The notes: generated by a model from the sequence alone, not told the origin. 58,099 nt of DNA from an uncultured Bacilli bacterium (GCA_944358695.1 CALVRM010000018.1:1-58099); one strand, 5' to 3'. Numbered from the stretch's first letter, positions 9,164 to 19,147 are shown. Numbers and translations are program-made.

Positions 9164-11746
9164 ATGAAGAAGATAATTTTGGTTGACGGAAATAATCTAC
9201 TTTTTAGAAGCTATTATGCTACGGCTTATGCAGGTAATTTTATGAACAATAGTAAAGGTTTTCCAACTAATGCATTATTTGGTTTTACAAATATGATCAA
9301 TAAAATAGTTAATGAGGAGCAGCCTGAATATATTATTGTGGCTTTTGATAAAGGTAAAACGTTTAGACATGAAAAATATGATGTATATAAAGATGGCAGA
9401 GTTGAAACTCCCAACGAACTTAAAATTCAGTTTCCTTTGGCTAAGAAATTACTTACAGCAATGGGAATTAAATATTATGAAATAGATAATTATGAAGCTG
9501 ATGACATCATTGGTACTTTTAGTGAATATTGTAACAAGGATTCAGAGTATATTGGTACTATTATAAGTAGTGATAAGGATTTACTTCAACTAATTAGTGA
9601 TGATGTTGATATTAAATTGTTAAAGCAAAAGGATTATATCAGATATAATAAAGATTCTTTTGAAAGAGAATATGGGATTAAACCAATTAATGTTATTGAC
9701 TTAAAAGCGTTAATGGGGGATGCTTCGGATAATATTCCTGGTGTTAAGGGAGTTGGAGAAAAGACCGCTTTAAAATTACTACATGAATATAAAACTCTAG
9801 ATGGGATTTATGAGAATATTGATAATATTTCTGGTAAATTAAAAGAAAAACTGTTAAATGATAAAGATAATGCTTATATGAGTTATGATTTGGCGACAAT
9901 TGTCAAGAATGTTCCCGTGGAGATAGATATCAATGACATTAAAATTAAAGAGCCTAATATGGCGGAACTTAATCATTTATATGAAGAGTTAGAATTTTAT
10001 TCTTTTTTAAAAAAGGCGAATAAAAAAGAGGAAAAAAAAGACTTGAAAATAGAAGTGATTAAGGATATTTCAGGACTTAAGATTGCTGGTGAAGTGGCAA
10101 TTAGTTTAGAAGTATTTGGGGCTAATTACCATTTAGCGCCAATCTTAGGAATGGGTGTATATAATGATAAAAATAGCTATTTTATTCCATTAGAGGTTTT
10201 AAAACAAAATCCTGAATTTTTAAGGGAAAATATAAAATATACTTATGATGTTAAAAAGATTATAGTAGCGCTTAAGTATTTGGGAATAGAAATTGATAAT
10301 GTGGTTTTTGATACAATGATAGCGGGAGCTTTGCTGGATTATAATGTTAAAGATGATATGGCTTATTTAGCAAATGAAATCGATTATAAATTAGATTTTT
10401 ATGAAACAATATATGGTAAGTTTATTCATTTGAAAATGCCAAGTGAAGAAGAGATTATTAAAAGTACAGTTTTAAGAGCAAAGTTTATATATGAAACAAA
10501 AGAGTTTTTTGAGAATAAATTAAAAGAAGAGGAAGTAATTGATTTATTTCAGAAAGTAGAACTTCCGCTAGCGACAGTTTTAGCGGATATGGAATTTACT
10601 GGAGTTAAGGTAGACTGTGATAAACTTTTAGAAATGGGCGAAGATATCAAAATTAAATTAGAACTTTTGACCAAGGATATTTATAATATGGCGGGCCGGG
10701 AATTTAATATATCTTCACCACAGCAATTATCAGAAATATTATTTGAAAAATTAAATCTTCCACATGGAAAGAAAAAAACAAATGGTTATTCTACGGCGGC
10801 TGATGTTTTGAATAAAATTCGTGATAAGCATCCAATTGTTGACAAAGTTTTAGAATACCGCGGATTATCTAAATTATATAGTACTTATATTGAAGGATTA
10901 TTAGGTTATGTACATAATGGTGAAATTCATACTATTTATACACAAAATTTAACGAGAACGGGGCGTTTATCTTCTGTGGAACCTAATTTACAAAATATTC
11001 CAATCAGAGATGAACTAGGACGCTCAATAAGAAAAGCTTTTGTGCCGGCAAATGATTATATTTTAGGTGCTGATTATTCACAAATAGAGCTTCGCATTTT
11101 AGCGCATATTGCGGTGGTGCCAGCTTTGGAACAAGCCTTTAAAGAAGATAAGGATATTCATGCGAAAACAGCAAGTGATATTTTTGGTGTTCCGATGGAA
11201 TTAGTTACTCCGGAAATGCGCCGAGTAGCTAAGGCGGTTAATTTTGGGATCATTTATGGAATAAGTGGATTTGGCTTAGGGGAGAATTTAGATATTAGAG
11301 CAGTTGATGCTAAGAAATTTATTGATACTTATTTAGAAACTTATCCTGGAATTAAAGATTATATGGATAAAACAATTGCAGATGCTAAAGAAAAGGGATA
11401 TGTCCGAACCTTATTTCACCGTAAACGTAATATTACAGAGCTAAAAAATCCGGTTTATATGATTAGGCAAAGCGGGGAACGAATTGCTTTAAATACCCCT
11501 ATTCAAGGAACAAGTGCTGATATTATTAAGTTAGCTATGGTTAAAGTTTATGAAGCCTTTAAAGAGCGAAAGTTAAAGAGTAAGATGATAATTCAGGTAC
11601 ATGATGAATTAATTTTTGATACATGTAAAGACGAGCTTGAGGAAGTAAAACAAATTGTTAAAGATGTTATGGAAAATGTTTATGAATTAGAAGTTCCATT
11701 AAAGGTTGATATTAATTATGGGAAAAATTGGTTCGAAGCTAAGTAG
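9164..11746 (+). CDS. polA: DNA polymerase I
   Basis: LVDGNNLLFR, EADDIIGT, GDASDNIPGV, TRTGRLSS.PNLQNIP, ADYSQIELR, KAVNFGIIYG, QVHDEL. Confidence 0.98.
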   Translation: MKKIILVDGNNLLFRSYYATAYAGNFMNNSKGFPTNALFGFTNMINKIVNEEQPEYIIVAFDKGKTFRHEKYDVYKDGRVETPNELKIQFPLAKKLLTAMGIKYYEIDNYEADDIIGTFSEYCNKDSEYIGTIISSDKDLLQLISDDVDIKLLKQKDYIRYNKDSFEREYGIKPINVIDLKALMGDASDNIPGVKGVGEKTALKLLHEYKTLDGIYENIDNISGKLKEKLLNDKDNAYMSYDLATIVKNVPVEIDINDIKIKEPNMAELNHLYEELEFYSFLKKANKKEEKKDLKIEVIKDISGLKIAGEVAISLEVFGANYHLAPILGMGVYNDKNSYFIPLEVLKQNPEFLRENIKYTYDVKKIIVALKYLGIEIDNVVFDTMIAGALLDYNVKDDMAYLANEIDYKLDFYETIYGKFIHLKMPSEEEIIKSTVLRAKFIYETKEFFENKLKEEEVIDLFQKVELPLATVLADMEFTGVKVDCDKLLEMGEDIKIKLELLTKDIYNMAGREFNISSPQQLSEILFEKLNLPHGKKKTNGYSTAADVLNKIRDKHPIVDKVLEYRGLSKLYSTYIEGLLGYVHNGEIHTIYTQNLTRTGRLSSVEPNLQNIPIRDELGRSIRKAFVPANDYILGADYSQIELRILAHIAVVPALEQAFKEDKDIHAKTASDIFGVPMELVTPEMRRVAKAVNFGIIYGISGFGLGENLDIRAVDAKKFIDTYLETYPGIKDYMDKTIADAKEKGYVRTLFHRKRNITELKNPVYMIRQSGERIALNTPIQGTSADIIKLAMVKVYEAFKERKLKSKMIIQVHDELIFDTCKDELEEVKQIVKDVMENVYELEVPLKVDINYGKNWFEAK

Positions 11747-11774
11747 GAATGAATATAATATATAAGGTGGTTAA

Positions 11775-12638
11775 ATGGATAAGGTAACTAAGGTTTTATT
11801 ACATAGCTTTTTGATTAATGTTGGACTTGCTATTATTAAAATTATTTCAGGAGTAATTGGTGCTTCAGGAGCACTTATTGCGGATGGTATTCATTCTTTA
11901 AGCGATACAATAACTGATGTATTTGCTATTTTTGGTAATCGATGGTCGAGAAAGCCGGCTGATGAAAAGCATCCTTTTGGGCATGGCAATATTGAATATA
12001 TAACTTGTATTATAATTGGCTTTGTTGTGTTTACGATGGGAATTACAATTATATGTAATGCGTTTACGGAAGAGAAAATTATCCCAAGTGTTTATGCATC
12101 AATTATTGGGATAGTGGTTATTATAGCAAAATTTGTCCTAGCTAAGTATATTTTAAATCAGGGTAAAAAGTATAGTAGTAATATTTTAATGGCTTCCGGT
12201 AATGAAAGTTTTTCAGACGTTATTAGTTCGGTAGTAGTTTTGCTTTCTATTTTAATCGCGCAACTAGGCAATTTTTATAAAGTATTTATTTATGCTGATT
12301 CTTTGGCCATGATATTTGTCGGGCTATTGATACTAAAAATTGCATATAATATACTTAAAGATAATTTTAGTGGCCTTTTAGGTGAACAAGTAATAGATAA
12401 AACTTATACGATGTCTTTGGAAAAAATTATTATGAATCACCAAGAAGTGAAAACAGTCGATAAGTTAATAGTTTTAAAATATGGTCCACTATTTAATGTT
12501 ACTTTAGAAGTAAGTATGGATAAGGATATTATTTTGAAAGATGCTCATGCGATTTTAGAAGATATAGAAAATGAGTTAAAAAGTTTTGATAATCGTATTA
12601 GTCATATTATTATTCATATTAATCCATATGAGAGTTGA
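11775..12638 (+). CDS. Cation diffusion facilitator family transporter
   Basis: ALIADGIHSLSD, KPADEKHPFGHG, multiple TM helices, C-terminal IIHINP dimerisation domain. Confidence 0.92.
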   Translation: MDKVTKVLLHSFLINVGLAIIKIISGVIGASGALIADGIHSLSDTITDVFAIFGNRWSRKPADEKHPFGHGNIEYITCIIIGFVVFTMGITIICNAFTEEKIIPSVYASIIGIVVIIAKFVLAKYILNQGKKYSSNILMASGNESFSDVISSVVVLLSILIAQLGNFYKVFIYADSLAMIFVGLLILKIAYNILKDNFSGLLGEQVIDKTYTMSLEKIIMNHQEVKTVDKLIVLKYGPLFNVTLEVSMDKDIILKDAHAILEDIENELKSFDNRISHIIIHINPYES

Positions 12639-12663
12639 CTTCGATTTGAAGTTGTGTTAATAT
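12635..12663 (+). promoter_or_regulatory. SigA-type promoter for the T-box leader
   Basis: TTGACT-N17-TAATAT with an upstream TG. Confidence 0.6.
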
Positions 12664-12674
12664 GAAGATATAAA

Positions 12675-12872
12675 TCGTTGAGAAGGACTAGTAATATAAG
12701 TAGATATTTATAGAGAATTAGTGGCTGGTGAAAACTAATAATGGAACTTATATGAATCTACCTTTGAGTGGAAATTAATCATTTCTCGGTTAAGGCCGTT
12801 ATTTTAATTAAGACTATGTTAGGATGGTACCGAATTTTAGATTCTCCTATGACATGGTCTTTTTGTTTTTTT
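12675..12872 (+). ncRNA. T-box riboswitch with serine (UCU) specifier
   Basis: Stem I elements AGTA (12690), AGAGA, GGTGAAA, atataagt/acttatat helix, GAA-TCT-A specifier loop (TCT 12757-12759), CCGTTA box, and T-box AGGATGGTACCG (12821-12832). serS lies downstream. Confidence 0.88.
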
Positions 12873-12884
12873 GGAGGGTATTAT

Positions 12885-13385
12885 ATGGAATCCTTGTTAA
12901 TAATTATAGAAGAATTAGAACGTGAAAAGACAAAACTTTTGAAAGAAAAAGAAAATAACGAATTGTTACTTGACCATATTTCGAAAAAAATACGTGAATG
13001 CGAAGATTTGATTATGGCTAGTAAGTTTTCTATTTCGCTTTATAAAAGTCAAATAATAAGTTATAAGCGACTTTTATCGTTGAAAAGAGAGGATAACAAT
13101 AATTTATTTTTAGTTTTTAGCGATAGTTTAGTTCCTTTTTATGAAAGAAATATTGATGATTTTCAAACAAAGCTAGCTAAGGAACAACGGGCCCAAAAAA
13201 GATATGTGGTGTGCCATAGCTATTGGATAGAGCAAAAGGAAAACTATATTGATCGTAATTTGGAAATTGATAAAGAAATTAAAAAAATAAATGAGGATAT
13301 TAGCAGTTATCAAGTTCCTGAAGAGCCAAAGATATATATGTTAGGGGGAATTAAAAGTGTAAAAACTGGAAAGTTGGAAGACTAA
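12885..13385 (+). CDS. Orphan coiled-coil protein between the T-box and serS
   Basis: RBS GGAGG then ATG 12885; 166 aa, helical and charged. The longer ORF call from 12768 overlaps the riboswitch. Confidence 0.65.
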   Translation: MESLLIIIEELEREKTKLLKEKENNELLLDHISKKIRECEDLIMASKFSISLYKSQIISYKRLLSLKREDNNNLFLVFSDSLVPFYERNIDDFQTKLAKEQRAQKRYVVCHSYWIEQKENYIDRNLEIDKEIKKINEDISSYQVPEEPKIYMLGGIKSVKTGKLED

Positions 13386-13448
13386 GAAATTAGTTGTCTT
13401 TAAGTAGTTAATTTTGGAGATAAAAAATATAGAAAGAAGGTTATATAA

Positions 13449-14732
13449 ATGATAGATATTAAGTTAATTAGAGAAAATAAAGAGTTAGTAAAAGAAAATA
13501 TAAGGAAGAAATTTCAAGATCATAAATTACCACTAGTTGATGAAGTATATGATTTAGATCTTAAAGCTCGTCAAGCTAAAAAAGAAGGCGATAGTCTAAG
13601 GGCGCTAAAAAATGAAAAAAGTGCTTTAATTGGGGATTTAATGCGTAATGGCAAAAAGGAAGAAGCGGAAAAGCTTAAATTAGAGGTCAGTGGTTACAAT
13701 GAAAAAATTGTTGAATATGAACGAATCGAGGAGGATGCTAATAAGCAAATTAAAGAGAAAATGATGGTAATTCCTAATATTATTGCTGATGATGTTCCAC
13801 TTGGAGAAGATGATACTAAAAATGTCGAAAATGAAAAGTTTGGTGAGCCTTTTGTACCGGAATTTGAAATTCCTTATCATGCTGATATATGTGAGAGATT
13901 AAATGGACTTGATAAGGCAAGTGCTGGCAGAACAAGTGGAAATGGTTTTTATTATTTAATTGGTGATATTGCTCGTTTACATTCGGCAATGCTCAGTTAT
14001 GCTCGCGACTTTATGATTGATAAAGGATTTACTTATGCCATTCCGCCTTTTATGATTCGTAGTGATGTCGTTACAGGTGTTATGAGTTTTGAAGAAATGG
14101 ATGCGATGATGTATAAAATAGAAGGTGAGGATTTATATTTAATTGGCACTAGTGAGCATTCAATGATCGGTAAATTTAAGGATCAAATTATTAAAGAGGA
14201 GGAATTACCGATTGCGATGACGTCTTATTCTCCATGCTTTAGAAAAGAAGTTGGGGCTCATGGGATTGAAGAAAGAGGCTTATATCGTGTTCATCAATTT
14301 GAAAAGCAAGAGATGATTGTTTTATGTAAACCAGAAGAAGGCATGCAGTGGTATAATAAAATGTGGCAATATACAGTAGAGTTTTTTAGAAGTTTGGATA
14401 TACCAGTGAGAACTTTGGAATGTTGTAGTGGTGATTTGGCTGATTTAAAAGTTAAATCTTGTGATGTTGAAGCTTGGAGTCCAAGACAACAAAAATACTT
14501 TGAAGTAGGTTCTTGTTCTATTTTAGGCGATGCTCAAGCTAGGAGATTAGGAATTAGAATGAAAACAAGCAATGGAAATGAATATTTGACGACTTTGAAT
14601 AATACTGTTTTGGCAACACCTCGTGGATTAATTGGTTTTATTGAAAATAATTATAATGAAGATGGTAGTATAAGCATTCCTGAGGTTTTAAGACCTTATA
14701 TGGGAGGAAAAGAAAAAATCGAAGCTAAATAG
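13449..14732 (+). CDS. serS: Serine--tRNA ligase
   Basis: MIDIKLIREN, YLIGTSEH, CFRKEVG, GLYRVHQFEKQE, ENNYNEDGSISIPEVLRPYMGG. Confidence 0.98.
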   Translation: MIDIKLIRENKELVKENIRKKFQDHKLPLVDEVYDLDLKARQAKKEGDSLRALKNEKSALIGDLMRNGKKEEAEKLKLEVSGYNEKIVEYERIEEDANKQIKEKMMVIPNIIADDVPLGEDDTKNVENEKFGEPFVPEFEIPYHADICERLNGLDKASAGRTSGNGFYYLIGDIARLHSAMLSYARDFMIDKGFTYAIPPFMIRSDVVTGVMSFEEMDAMMYKIEGEDLYLIGTSEHSMIGKFKDQIIKEEELPIAMTSYSPCFRKEVGAHGIEERGLYRVHQFEKQEMIVLCKPEEGMQWYNKMWQYTVEFFRSLDIPVRTLECCSGDLADLKVKSCDVEAWSPRQQKYFEVGSCSILGDAQARRLGIRMKTSNGNEYLTTLNNTVLATPRGLIGFIENNYNEDGSISIPEVLRPYMGGKEKIEAK

Positions 14733-14855
14733 GCTTCTTTTTTGTGATAATAATTAATATTTTACTGTTTTTGACATTTAACTTTTATAAATTTGAAGGG
14801 AAGTTTAATTATATTTTTAAATTGTGATATGATAAGAAATAAGGAGGATGATATT

Positions 14856-15881
14856 TTGAAATGTGTAGCTATTAAAGGTGTCAGAGAGTTTGAAATAAAA
14901 GAAATCGAAGAACCTGTTTCAGCTAATGGTCAAGTAATTGTGAATATTCAAAAGGCGGGAATTTGTGGTTCCGATATTCATTATTGGTTAGGTGGTGAAC
15001 CTAAAGGGTTGGTAATGGGCCATGAATTTTGTGGAACTGTAACTGATCCTGGAGACCGCCAAGACTTAAAAGTGGGGGATCGGGTTACAGCTTTACCAAT
15101 TTCACCTTGTGGTCATTGTAGGGCATGTAAATCTGGTAACGTTCAGTATTGTGTGGAAACTTGGTTACACGCTGAAGGGTTATCGTTAGATAATCCAGGT
15201 GCTTTAGCGCCTAAAACAGCAGTAAGATCTGATATGGTATTAAAAGTTCCAGATAATGTAAGTGATGAAGAAGCGGCGATGGTAGAACCTACGGCGGTTG
15301 GTCTTCATGCAATTAATTTAGCTAATATTAAAATAGGCGATAGCGTGTTAATTATCGGTGGTGGAATTATTGGTTTAGTATCTGCGATGTTTGCGAAAAA
15401 GGCTGGGGCTTCTTATGTGGCGATATCAGAAACAAATGAAGCGCGCGGAAAGAAGGCAATAAGTTTAGGCGTTGCTTCTGAGTGGTTTGATGCTAGAGAT
15501 GAAAACTTAATTAATAAGCTACTAGCTAAAACTAATGGTGGTTTTGATGCGGTTATTGAGTGCTGTGGTAATGCTCCGGCAGTTAGTTCGAGTTTTGCAG
15601 CAGTTAAACCGGGTGGTACGGTGGTTTTAGTTGGAGTAGCCACAGAGCCAATTACTATTCCAACGGTAATTGCCGTAATGCATGAAATAACAGTACAAGG
15701 GGCAATTGCTTATACTAAAGAAGAGTTTACGAATTGTTTGGAATTGATCGCTAAAAAGGAAATTGATGTTATGAAATTTGTCGATGATGTTGTCAATTTG
15801 GAAGGTGTACAAAACGCTTATGAAAGATTAACTTCAGGCAATGATTCAGCAGTTAAAATCTTAGTAGATCCTAATAAATAA
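14856..15881 (+). CDS. Zn-dependent medium-chain dehydrogenase (sorbitol/butanediol dehydrogenase-like)
   Basis: GICGSDIH, GHEFCG, CGHCRAC...C structural zinc site, GGGIIG. RBS AAGGAGG before TTG 14856. Confidence 0.9.
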   Translation: MKCVAIKGVREFEIKEIEEPVSANGQVIVNIQKAGICGSDIHYWLGGEPKGLVMGHEFCGTVTDPGDRQDLKVGDRVTALPISPCGHCRACKSGNVQYCVETWLHAEGLSLDNPGALAPKTAVRSDMVLKVPDNVSDEEAAMVEPTAVGLHAINLANIKIGDSVLIIGGGIIGLVSAMFAKKAGASYVAISETNEARGKKAISLGVASEWFDARDENLINKLLAKTNGGFDAVIECCGNAPAVSSSFAAVKPGGTVVLVGVATEPITIPTVIAVMHEITVQGAIAYTKEEFTNCLELIAKKEIDVMKFVDDVVNLEGVQNAYERLTSGNDSAVKILVDPNK

Positions 15882-16192
15882 AACTTAAAATAATGATTTT
15901 AGAATAAAATGTATCCGAATATTGAGAGGATACGTTTTTATATAGAATTATTTGAAGAGTTTAACGTTAAGTTTAGTTTAGAAATAACTGATAATAGAAG
16001 AACTATTAAATATGGCCTATTAGTATATTTGCATGTTGAATCGTTTTTTAAAAAATAATGTTGTATAATTGGGCCAATCATTTTTACTCACGATTAACAC
16101 CAACATTTTCTATGAAAATATAATATATTTAAAAAGAATAATTAATCATCTTGACTATTTATTCTTTATATTACAATATACTAATTTTTACG

Positions 16193-17446
16193 TTATCTTC
16201 CTTTTGTATTCCTTATCTTCACTAATTCTTTGACTGTGCTTATAAATTCATCAGCAACATCTTCTTTGACCTCAGCTCCTGTATCACTTAAATCAGCTTT
16301 TTCTATACAAACATTAGTAAAATCTTTACCACTTAAATCTAAACCAGATAAGTTTGTATTCTTTAAACTTTTGTACTTAACTGTTTGCGGATCTATATTG
16401 GCATTTGTATTACTTAAATTAGCGTGTCTTATGTCAACACCAGAAAAAATTTTACCACTTAAATCTAAACCAGATAAGTTTGTTTCATATAAACTATTAT
16501 ACTTAACTGTTTGCGGTTCTATATTGGCATTTGTATTACTTAAATTAGCGTGTTTTACATCAACACCAGAAAAATCTTTATCGCTTAAATCTAAACCAGA
16601 TAAGTTTGTACCCCATAAACATCTGCTATCAACTGTTTGAGGATTTATGTTGGCATTTGTGTAGCTTAAATTAGCTCTTGCTATATTAACAGCAGTAAAG
16701 TCTTTCCCTCTTAAATCTAAACCAGATAAGTTTGTTCCGAATAAACATTTGTCCTTAACTGTTTGCGGATCTATATTGGCATTTGTATTACTTAAATTAG
16801 CGTAGTTTATATTAACATCATTAAAGACTTGGCCACTTAGATCTACACCAGATAAGTTGGTGCCTTCTAAACTTCTGCCATCAACTGTTTGAGGATTTAT
16901 GTTGGAACTTGTGTAGCTTAAATTAGCTTTTGTTATATTAACATTAGAAAAATCTTTATCGCTTAAATCTAAACCAGATAAGTTTGTATTCTCTAAACTT
17001 TTGATAAAAACTGTTTGTGGATCTATATTGGCCCCTGTATTACTTAAATTAGCTTTCGTTATATTAACATCAGAAAAATCTTTCCCACTTAAATCTAAAC
17101 CGGATAAGTTTGTTCCATGTAAATTTTTATTATAAACTGTTTGCGGGTCTATATTAGCATTTGTATAACTTAAATCAGCGTTTTCTATATCAACACCAGA
17201 AAAATCTATTTCCGATAAATCTAGTTTTCTTAATTCACTTACAGGAAAGGCTACGCTTAATTTGCTGTAACTAATTATTCTACTGAAAATTACTTGCTGT
17301 AATATGTCAGTGTTTAACTTAATTCTTTCGTAGTTGTAATTTTCATCATAAGCCCTTTCAACATCAAATTCTGGAATTTTTTGTAATTCTTCTTTTAAAG
17401 TTTTTCTAATTTCTTCTATCTGTATTTCGCTAAGCACTATAACCAC
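16193..17446 (-). CDS. Pentapeptide-repeat protein with 42-aa tandem units
   Basis: Repeated TNLSG-LDLSG-KDFS.-V.I..-ANLS.-TNANI-DPQTV-..K.L.. unit; RBS AGGA upstream of GTG. Confidence 0.9.
   Translation of the reverse strand: MVIVLSEIQIEEIRKTLKEELQKIPEFDVERAYDENYNYERIKLNTDILQQVIFSRIISYSKLSVAFPVSELRKLDLSEIDFSGVDIENADLSYTNANIDPQTVYNKNLHGTNLSGLDLSGKDFSDVNITKANLSNTGANIDPQTVFIKSLENTNLSGLDLSDKDFSNVNITKANLSYTSSNINPQTVDGRSLEGTNLSGVDLSGQVFNDVNINYANLSNTNANIDPQTVKDKCLFGTNLSGLDLRGKDFTAVNIARANLSYTNANINPQTVDSRCLWGTNLSGLDLSDKDFSGVDVKHANLSNTNANIEPQTVKYNSLYETNLSGLDLSGKIFSGVDIRHANLSNTNANIDPQTVKYKSLKNTNLSGLDLSGKDFTNVCIEKADLSDTGAEVKEDVADEFISTVKELVKIRNTKGR
16270..17225 (-). repeat. Tandem 126-bp repeats (about 7.5 units) within the pentapeptide gene
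   Basis: The block aaatctaaaccagataagtttg recurs at 126-bp spacing (e.g. aaaccagata at 16341 and 16467). Confidence 0.92.
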
Positions 17447-18331
17447 TCCTAACTAATTAATCCTTTACCTTTGCAAAATAAAATAATATTACCTAACAAG
17501 AAAAAAGCCTTTTCCAATAATTATATCTTCCATTTTTCTATTAATTTTATCTAAACATTTCTGATTTAATTTCAAAATTCACTCTTTTTTCAGTATGTAT
17601 TTAGAATATATTTTACATCAAAAAAATATATTTTCCAATACCTTTTTATCATTTTGTTATTTTATTTTGTACTAGTTGCATTTGACCAAAATTTAATTTT
17701 TAATATTGATCTATGGCTGAAAATACCAAAAGAGGTAATTTATTTAAATCTTTTGTTGTTAGAGCGGATCATTTATGTATAAATGGTTTCAATTAGTTTA
17801 TTGGAACAGGTATGGTAACATTTACCTTTTGTTTCTTTTTTTGATAATAAAGATAACCTGAGTTTTCTTTATCTAATTTTATAGATAAAATAATAATATT
17901 ATGACTACAATTAAATAAAATTTTTCTGGCATATTTGTTTCCCCTTTTAGAAACGAGGGTATGATAATTCATTTAATTTTGTATAAATATCTTCTTTATC
18001 ATGAATACTTCTTTTCTTGGTTTAACGCTTAGACCTAAAATTATCTTGTCATGCGATTTTATATGGATTAATCTACCTAAACGCAAACCGAAATTTTTAT
18101 CATAAATCAATGAATATTTTTCATCAATTTACATCTTAAAGTATACATGATATAATTATTAAGAAAGGAATTTTTTTGTTAGGTAATGCGATTTTATTTC
18201 GCAAGAGTAATAAATAATGTAGCGGAAATTATAGACATTTAATTGTCAGATGTTTGACAAAAATGTTTTTGATTAAAATTGCTATTTTGCAAAATTATTA
18301 CTGCCACACATTGTAAGTAGGAGGTTTATTT

Positions 18332-19147
18332 ATGCCGGAATTACCAGAGGTTGAGACTGTCAAGAATACTTTAAAAAGACAAGTTTTAAATAAGAAAATA
18401 GAATTAGCTAATATATATTGGAATAACATTATTGCATTTCCGCAAGTTTCTGATTTTAAAAGATGCGTGCAGAATCAAAAAATTAATAATATTTTAAGGC
18501 GAGGCAAATGGTTAATGTTTGAGTTAGATGATTATTTTCTTTTGTCACATTTAAGAATGGAGGGAAAGTATTTTATTCGAAATGTAGGCGATGAAAGAAA
18601 TAAGCATGAACATGTAATTTTCCAGTTTGACGATAACACGGAACTTCGTTATCATGATACTAGAAAATTTGGGAAAATGTATTTGGTAGATAAATTAACA
18701 GCATATAGTGTTAAACCTTTATGTGAGCTTGGGCTTGAGCCTTGGGATGAAAATTTAACTGTGGAATATTTACGCGAGAGATTAAGAAATAAGCCGATTA
18801 AGTCTGAACTTTTAGATCAAAGTATTATTGTTGGTATTGGAAATATATATGCTGATGAGATATTATTTTTAAGTAAAATTCATCCTAATAGATTAGCGAC
18901 AAAGCTTAGTGACAAAGAATTATCGGATATTATAAAATATACTAAGGTAACTTTGGAAAAAGCGATTGAGCTTGGTGGTACAACGGTAAAAAGTTATACA
19001 TCAAGTGAAGGAGTACATGGTAGATTTCAAAATGAATTGTTAGTTCATACAAAAGCATCGTGTCCTATTTGTCATAAAGATATAGTTAAAACAGTAATTG
19101 GCGGGCGAGGCACTTATTATTGTCCTTCTTGCCAAAGTGAACATTAA
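18332..19147 (+). CDS. mutM: Formamidopyrimidine-DNA glycosylase
   Basis: MPELPEVET, RRGKW, HLRMEG, GIGNIYADE, C-terminal CPIC...CPSCQ zinc finger. Confidence 0.98.
   Translation: MPELPEVETVKNTLKRQVLNKKIELANIYWNNIIAFPQVSDFKRCVQNQKINNILRRGKWLMFELDDYFLLSHLRMEGKYFIRNVGDERNKHEHVIFQFDDNTELRYHDTRKFGKMYLVDKLTAYSVKPLCELGLEPWDENLTVEYLRERLRNKPIKSELLDQSIIVGIGNIYADEILFLSKIHPNRLATKLSDKELSDIIKYTKVTLEKAIELGGTTVKSYTSSEGVHGRFQNELLVHTKASCPICHKDIVKTVIGGRGTYYCPSCQSEH

Noticed and set aside
12768-12884. N-terminal 39 codons of the 205-aa ORF
   Set aside because: They overlap the T-box RNA; the RBS points to ATG 12885.
16230-16640. 136-aa plus-strand ORF with repeats
   Set aside because: Antisense shadow of the pentapeptide gene.
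16270-17225. Regularly spaced repeats as a CRISPR array or DGR template/variable pair
   Set aside because: The units are in-frame 126-bp coding repeats with no unique spacers, no cas genes, no reverse transcriptase and no non-coding template copy in the window.
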